From the NCBI GenBank assembly GCA_010909165.1, contig MU008177.1:682001-746000 (forward strand): a DNA stretch of 64,000 bases, given 5' to 3'. Under the pieces are notes generated by a model, which saw only the letters and a list, made by a program, of their open reading frames with translations, was not told the DNA's origin and did no database searches. Both the position numbers and the translations under genes were made by a program. Position 1 is the first letter of the stretch; every line of letters starts with the position of its first letter. Below, piece by piece: positions 57,340 to 64,000 of the stretch. This DNA is from Anthoceros angustus. Taxonomy: Eukaryota > Plantae > Anthocerotophyta.

Positions 57340-59035
57340 TCACTTACGGACGTCCGGTGAATAGTATGTAGACGGAGCCACCACAACAGCCTGGATCGTG
57401 AAACCTGCCTTTTCGCAAGCCACCTGAAGTTGCTCTGCCTGGAGTTCACCATTTGGGCACATTGCAACTATAGCTCCTCCACTCCCGGTGAACTTGCATG
57501 CTGCACCCACGCTTCTTGCAGTCTCCACCATTTGAATGTTAAGCTTGCCTAGCACATTGTCTCCAAATATTTGCCTGCAGCAAATTGTGGATGAAGGATG
57601 TCACGAGTTGTCCCAAAGGCCCCAAGCAGATGACATGTGACTAGGAAAGTAAAGTACCTGCGAAGATCAAAGTTACGATCCATGAGCCTAGCAAGGCTGA
57701 CATTGTCATGCGCAAGCAGGGCTGCACGGCCTTGCACAGCCAGATCCGCAATCTCAGCCATCAGTTTTGTTACTGTTTCGTCGCCTTCTACCCACCTTTT
57801 CCTGACAGTACTGTGGACCTGCGACATCGGAGGCCTTGAGTTAGTGTGAAAAAAAATCTTAGAAGGCTTCGGTAGGGGGCTACATCATTGATGGATTCAC
57901 AAACAAGCATTCACAGTCATATCATCGTTACAACAATCAGAGGCTGTCTACGGTGGTGGGAAAATGACAACCAAACCGGGTGTTCAGGATAGCAGAGTAC
58001 AAGCCTTGCCAGAGTCGCTTGGGTTCTTGGTGTAGATAAGGTAAAGGGGCGGAAGCAACCGATGATCCATCGGTGTGTAAATCCCATGACCGAGGCTCTC
58101 CATTGCCTGTTTGTTGAAATCCTGCATGCAGCATTGCACCACCCTGTCTAAGCAGCATCTCATACCCAGCAAGTCTTGAAGCACTCAGCTGCTGCTTGCC
58201 TGCTGATGTGGAGGCAACCGAAACAAACCATGTAGACGAGCCCACCATAGACCTGCACCACACGATCTTGGAGACCTGCTGTGATACCCAGCTCTTCTTC
58301 TGCTCTTAAAATTAGGCTTGGTCGAAACTCCATCTGTACAAGGTGTCCCACACCATAAAACTGTAACAGGCAGTTCAAGGCTGCGCATACAATGGCACTG
58401 GAGCCTGATAGTCCTGCCTGAAGCACAACCAGCTCATGGTTAGCAAACAATATCTTGCAACTAAGGGTCACAAAAACCAGTCTCAAACGAACGGGACCAC
58501 GCAGGCTACCTGTCTGGGAATGTTGGTATCATATGACATAGTAAAGTTCTCCTCAGGAAGCTTAATATTGCTTTCCACACAATGTTTGAAAAACACCTCC
58601 ACAGTAGCCATCAGCAGCCTAAGCCCTCCATAGTAGCCCTCTGACTGAACGTGTTCTGCCTGCACACCTCTGGCAAGCTGGTCAACCTTGCATGAAGTAG
58701 TAGCATCCTCCAGCTATGGTCCAGTGAATTTTTGCGGGAACGAGAGATATCAGCAGAATCAGAATATCAACATACAAAAATCTCCTTAATTAACGCACCA
58801 GTTGGCCGAGCGAGGTGAATTCACACGGGTCGTGTATCGGATGGGGCCTGAGAGCAAGTCTGTGGGATGGTTGCACGGAAGCAGACGCCCAGAAATTGGC
58901 CAGTGAGAATGACAATGTGTTGCCATAGTAGGCATCACTAGGATTTCCTAGCAGGCCAACCCTCGCAAAGACCCGGTGTTCAATTGGCTTCTCACTACGG
59001 CCGCGGGCCTCGCTGTCTGATAATTCTGCATCCAT
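57340..59035 (-). CDS. GLCAK1: Glucuronokinase (GHMP kinase family), multi-exon
   Basis: [16 protein letters not shown]; [12 protein letters not shown]; YDTNIPRQ|[14 protein letters not shown]; [23 protein letters not shown]; [10 protein letters not shown]; KFTGSGGA. Confidence 0.95.
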
Positions 59036-59131
59036 GGCGGACTGTTTGAGCGTTACCAAGCCCTAAGATAGCTTGTGGACGGACCTAGTCCGTCTTTGTG
59101 ACCGTACAGTCGCTGAATTGTAACAGGAGCG

Positions 59132-59695
59132 ATGGGGAGCTTGGAGGCTGATTTCGTGTCTCTCATGCAATCGCATGCGAAGAGCAACCAGCTTACAAGG
59201 AATCGAATCGGTTTGTGCTAGCTCGGACTAAGCCTTTCTTTACTCAGGCATGATCGATTCACGCCTTTCCTGATTTCTGAATCTGCTGCTCCAGAGAAGG
59301 CGAAGAAGGAAGCGTTGGCAGGCGCATCTGTGGTAGCGGACTTGTTTGTAGACAGCGTGAATGGAGGCGTGCAAGAAGTTTTCATCAATGAAAAACGCAT
59401 TGAGCTAGAAGCCCGAACTCTGAAGGAGACAGTACAGCGGTTCTCCCAGCAGTCTAATCAGTGGCTGACTCTCTTTCAGACATTCGATTCGGCGCTCAAG
59501 GTGCAGAGCAGAGCACTTCTCCTTGTTGATGCTGTATGGCTTGTTCCTCGTCTTCCTCGAGTGATGTTCCAGTTCTATGGCGTGGTTCAGGAGATAGGGG
59601 ACTTCGAGAATTGGATCAAGGTGATGGAGTATGACTGTCAGAGCATTGGGGGTGCCCTGGCTCATGTTGCTTCAAGAGGAGGCACCTCAAGATGA
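59132..59695 (+). CDS. BLOS1: BLOC-1 subunit 1 (BLOS1/GCN5L1), 3 exons
   Basis: MGSLEADFVSLMQSH...EKAKKEALAGASVVADLFVDSVNGGVQEVFINEKRIELE...DSALK|EIGDFENWIKVMEYDC. Confidence 0.93.
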
Positions 59696-59853
59696 CCATG
59701 CTTCTGCTGATCTCAAAATCCGGAGTTGCACCAATTGTGAGCAGCTGTCAGGCCCATGAAGGTTCACTGTGTCGAGCATGATTGCGCTGTTGTTGATTGA
59801 GGAACATCTTCAAGGGAAAGGGACTCTTGTTGTAGAGAACTGTTTTGTGCTAT

Positions 59854-60748
59854 TCAGTCTATTCGTTCAACAGGAAGGTTCATCAATTCTCTAATCCCCT
59901 CCAAGACCTGTAAGAAGGAACATGTCAGCTTCGCAACTGCTGAAGTATATCACCCGGAAGTAACAAAGTCAGGCTAACTGTGGAAGAGTATACCAGCTTA
60001 ATTTGGCCCTTTATGTTCCCTATCTGCTCCGTGCGTGCTTCAATCTGACTGGGCACAAAAAAATTGCAGCTGTAACCAAGCTGGAGTACAACTCAATGGC
60101 GTTTGACATCGTACCTTGGAAATGAATTAGAAGATGGAAACCTCCTCACCTAGCAAGGACCTTTTGCGTGACAGCTATGAACTGCAAGGCCTCTCCGGGT
60201 GAATTCCACATGAAAGCCGAGGCCAACGTCTACGAAAATACGTGATGTATCTGGCCTGTACATGGTGAGCAGTCTTCACTCACACAAAACCATTTCAAGT
60301 AGGCTGCTATCTACAGCAAGGAGAAGCAGAGTCCTTCGTATGCCTGCTTCCTTACACATCAGCTTGGACATAAACCTCAGAGCCAAGATTAATCATAGTC
60401 CTGATGTTCTGTGTCTTGTTTTGTTCCAGCACTTGGATGTTGTTTGCAAGGTCAGAGCTGCAAGGCCCTGTCAAGGAGCATGCTAAAGTGATGCCCGCCG
60501 GTGCAGTTATGTAATTAGCAATCTGCTAAAAAGGATACAAGACCCGCTGCTTCTCCAGCAATTTGTCCCTGGATGCATATCCTGGGTTGTGAGAATTGTG
60601 CCACCCCTCCTCAAAGCAGCTAGACACACGACTCTAAAGTTTTTATAGCTCACCTCTGGGCCACAGCGCGGACAAGATCAGGCTTCAGCCGCTTGTCCAC
60701 AAACTGCTCATACTGCTGAACCTTGGCGGCCTTCTTCACACTCTCCAT
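59854..60748 (-). CDS. UXT: UXT prefoldin-alpha-like protein, copy 1 (apparent indels)
   Basis: VQQYEQFVDKRLKPDL; RTMINLGSEVYVQADVPDTSRIFVDVGLGFHVEF; IKGQIKL|VLEGIRELMNLP. Several indels relative to copy 2. Confidence 0.8.
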
Positions 60749-60915
60749 CGCAGCTCAAGGTAAGCTAACGATTTAACCCTGAGACTGAACCTGAGTTTGA
60801 GAAGACTAGGGTTTTGTGGACTGCCTCCTTAGGGTTTTTCGAGGTTATCAATATTCGACCTCTCCTTCCCTCTCTCCAGTCCCAGCTTACATGCGTGCAG
60901 GGAGGTTTTAGCGCC

Positions 60916-61039
60916 ATGGCCAAGTCGAAGAATCACACACATCAGTCTTACAAGGCGCACAGGAACGGGATCAAGAAGCCTAAGAAGAACAAGTATATTT
61001 CGCGCAAGGGCATGGATCCCAAGTTCCTGCGCAACCAAA
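60916..61039 (+). pseudogene. RPL29: Truncated RPL29 5' half at the duplication junction
   Basis: [41 protein letters not shown], then switches to antisense glucuronokinase sequence. Confidence 0.85.
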
Positions 61040-61839
61040 CAAACCATGTAGACGAGCCCACCATAGACCTGCACCACACGATCTTGGAGACCTGCTGTGA
61101 TACCCAGCTCTTCTTCTGCTCTTAAAATTAGGCTTGGTCGAAACTCCATCTGTACAAGGTGTCCCACCATAAAACTGTAACAGGCAGTTCAAGGCTGCGC
61201 TACAATGGCACTGGAGCCTGATAGTCCTGCCTGAAGCACAGCCTCATGGTTAGCAAACAATATCTTGCAACTAAGGGTCACAAAACCAGTCTCAAACGAA
61301 CGGGACCACGCAGGCTACCTGTCTGGGAATGTTGGTATCATATGACATAGTAAAGTTCTCCTCAGGAAGCTTAATATTGCTTTCCACACAATGTTTGAAA
61401 AACACCTCCACAGTAGCCATCAGCAGCCTAAGCCCTCCATAGTAGCCTCTGACTGAACGTGTTCTGCCTGCACACCTCTGGCAAGCTGGTCAACCTTGCA
61501 TGAAGTAGTAGCATCCTCCAGCTATGGTCCAGTGAATTTTGCGGAACGAGAGATATCAGCAGAATCAGAATATCAACATACAAAAATCTCCTTAATTAAC
61601 GCACCAGTTGGCCGAGCAGGTGAATTCACACGGGTCGTGTATCGATGGGGCCTGAGAGCAAGTCTGTGGGATGGTTGCACGGAAGCAGACGCCCAGAAAT
61701 TGGCCAGTGAGAATGACAATGTGTTGCCATAGTAGGCATCACTAGGATTTCCTAGCAGGCCAACCCTCGCAAAGACCCGGTGTTCAATTGGCTTCTCACT
61801 ACGGCCGCGGGCCTCGCTGTCTGATAATTCTGCATCCAT
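61031..61839 (-). pseudogene. GLCAK1: 3'-truncated duplicate of glucuronokinase with many 1-bp deletions
   Basis: Matches 58214-59035 except for small deletions; ends at the junction. Confidence 0.85.
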
Positions 61840-61935
61840 GGCGGACTGTTTGAGCGTTACCAAGCCCTAAGATAGCTTGTGGACGGACCTAGTCCGTCTT
61901 TGTGACCGTACAGTCGCTGAATTGTAACAGGAGCG

Positions 61936-62494
61936 ATGGGGAGCTTGGAGGCTGATTTCGTGTCTCTCATGCAATCGCATGAAGAGCAACCAGCTTACAA
62001 GGAATCGAATCGGTTTGTGCTAGCTCGGACTAAGCCTTTCTTTACTCAGGCATGATCGATTCACGCCTTTCCTGATTTCTGAATCTGCTGCTCCAGAGAA
62101 GGCGAAGAAGGAAGCGTTGGCAGGCGCATCTGTGGTAGCGGACTTGTTGTAGACAGCGTGAATGGAGGCGTGCAAGAAGTTTTCATCAATGAAAACGCAT
62201 TGAGCTAGAAGCCCGAACTCTGAAGGAGACAGTACAGCGGTTCTCCCAGCAGTCTAATCAGTGGCTGACTCTCTTCAGACATTCGATTCGGCGCTCAAGG
62301 TGCAGAGCAGAGCACTTCTCCTTGTTGATGCTGTATGGCTTGTTCCTCGTCTTCCTCGAGTGATGTTCCAGTTCTATGGCGTGGTTCAGGAGATAGGGGA
62401 CTTCGAGAATTGGATCAAGGTGATGGAGTATGACTGTCAGAGCATTGGGGGTGCCCTGGCTCATGTTGCTTCAAGAGGAGGCACCTCAAGATGA
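61936..62494 (+). pseudogene. BLOS1: BLOS1 duplicate with frameshifting deletions (possibly sequencing error)
   Basis: Matches 59132-59695 with deletions such as gcatgaag vs gcatgcgaag, ttgttgtag vs ttgtttgtag, gaaaacg vs gaaaaacg. Confidence 0.8.
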
Positions 62495-62652
62495 CCATGC
62501 TTCTGCTGATCTCAAAATCCGGAGTTGCACCAATTGTGAGCAGCTGTCAGGCCCATGAAGGTTCACTGTGTCGAGCATGATTGCGCTGTTGTTGATTGAG
62601 GAACATCTTCAAGGGAAAGGGACTCTTGTTGTAGAGAACTGTTTTGTGCTAT

Positions 62653-63546
62653 TCAGTCTATTCGTTCAACAGGAAGGTTCATCAATTCTCTAATCCCCTC
62701 CAAGACCTGTAAGAAAGGAACATGTCAGCTTCGCAACTGCTGAAGTATATCACCCGGAAGTAACAAAGTCAGGCTAACCGTGGGAAGAGCATACCAGCTT
62801 AATTTGGCCCTTTATGTTCCCTATCTGCTCCGTGCGTGCTTCAATCTGACTGGGCACAAAAAAATTGCAGCTGTAACCAAGCTGGAGTACAACTCAATGG
62901 CGTTTGACATCGTACCTTGGAAATGAATTAGAAGATGGAAACCTCCTCACCTAGCAAGGACCTTTTGCGTGACAGCTATGAACTGCAAGGCCTCTCTCCG
63001 GGTGAATTCCACATGAAAGCCGAGGCCAACGTCTACGAAAATACGTGATGTATCTGGCCTGCACATGGTGAGCAGTCTTTCACTCACACAAACCATTTCA
63101 AGTAGGCTGCTATCTACAGCAAGGAGAAGCAGAGTCCTTCGTATGCCTGCTTCCTTACACATCAGCTTGGACATAAACCTCAGAGCCAAGATTAATCATA
63201 GTCCTGATGTTCTGTGTCTTGTTTTGTTCCAGCACTTGGATGTTGTTTGCAAGGTCAGAGCTGCAAGGCCCTGTCAAGGAGCATGCTAAAGTGATGCCCG
63301 GTGCAGTTAAAATTAGCAATCTGCTAAAAAGGATACAAGACCCGCTGCTTCTCCAGCAATTTGTCCCTGGATGCATATCCTGGGTTGTGAGAATTGTGCC
63401 ACCCCTCCTCAAAGCAGCTAGACACACGACTCTAAAGTTTTTATAGCTCACCTCTGGGCCACAGCGCGGACAAGATCAGGCTTCAGCCGCTTGTCCACAA
63501 ACTGCTCATACTGCTGAACCTTGGCGGCCTTCTTCACACTCTCCAT
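62653..63546 (-). CDS. UXT: UXT prefoldin-alpha-like protein, copy 2 (apparently intact)
   Basis: Same motifs as copy 1, with the frame preserved in PDTSRIFVDVGLGFHVEFTRREALQFIAVTQKVLAR. Confidence 0.88.
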
Positions 63547-63719
63547 CGCAGCTCAAGGTAAGCTAACGATTTAACCCTGAGACTGAACCCGAGTTTGAGA
63601 AGACTAGGGTTTTGTGGACTGCCTCCTTAGGGTTTTTCGAGGTTATCAATATTCGACCCTCTCCTTCCCTCTCTCCAGTCCCAGCTTACACCCACGTTGC
63701 GCAGGGAGGTTTTAGCGCC

Positions 63720-63911
63720 ATGGCCAAGTCGAAGAATCACACGGCGCACAATCAGTCTTACAAGGCGCACAGGAACGGGATCAAGAAGCCTAAGAAGAAC
63801 AAGTATATTTCGCGCAAGGGCATGGATCCCAAGTTCCTGCGCAACCAAAGATACGCGAAGAAGCACAATCGGATTCCTGGTGCTGATGCTGGGGACAATG
63901 TTGAAGAGTAG
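63720..63911 (+). CDS. RPL29: 60S ribosomal protein L29 (eL29), second paralogue
   Basis: [63 protein letters not shown]. tagggttt teloboxes at about 63605-63635. Confidence 0.97.
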   Translation: MAKSKNHTAHNQSYKAHRNGIKKPKKNKYISRKGMDPKFLRNQRYAKKHNRIPGADAGDNVEE

Positions 63912-64000
63912 TTTCTGCAGTCGAATCTGGTAAGCAGCCGTGTTCCTTTCCACTGAGGCCTCCCGCCGGTGGCGTTGACTGTTGTACACGTTAAGGTGGG

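Larger units (their letters stand above)
58214..63840. repeat. Head-to-tail tandem duplication of about 2.81 kb (58214-61030 and 61031-63840)
   Basis: Near-identical copies; the junction falls in shared GCAACC(G)AAA. Confidence 0.95.

Noticed and set aside
1-64000. tRNA, rRNA or spliceosomal snRNA genes
   Set aside because: No cloverleaf with a GTTCRA T-loop in context and no rRNA or snRNA signature seen by eye; tRNAscan-SE and Rfam would be decisive.

Overview
Gene-dense nuclear DNA from a compact-genome land plant. Introns are mostly about 80-130 nt, and a KP-type DYW editing factor is present, which best fits a hornwort; this assignment is inference. About 20 recognisable genes are present: GDSL lipase, PsbP, a basic mitochondrial-type protein, 3-dehydroquinate synthase II-like, DUF1218, riboflavin synthase, TIM23, a PLS-PPR with a DYW:KP-like domain, an OSB-type PDF-motif protein, an At4g17620-like Gly/Arg-rich protein, an F-box protein, HCF101, two RPL29 genes, MRS2-11, a WCPHC thioredoxin, SDH2, a GT47 exostosin, HEME1, glucuronokinase, BLOS1 and UXT. 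Between them lie TE-like DNA and gene relics (three PPR relics, NOC2, NDUFB10, GAE, F-box, RING-H2). Most notable observations: (1) a C/D-box snoRNA cluster with readable rRNA guides just after RPL29, apparently in a 3'-UTR intron; (2) a candidate U-to-C editing PPR; (3) a ~140-bp sequence that reads as the riboflavin synthase transit peptide on one strand and, in a second copy, as the putative DHQS-II N-terminus on the opposite strand; (4) tandem amplification of the F-box motif in a gene truncated by a CACTA element; (5) a 2.8-kb microhomology-joined tandem duplication. Clustered 1-bp indels in several regions suggest imperfect long-read polishing, so some pseudogene calls may be assembly errors. 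All similarities are by-eye or recalled; no searches were run.
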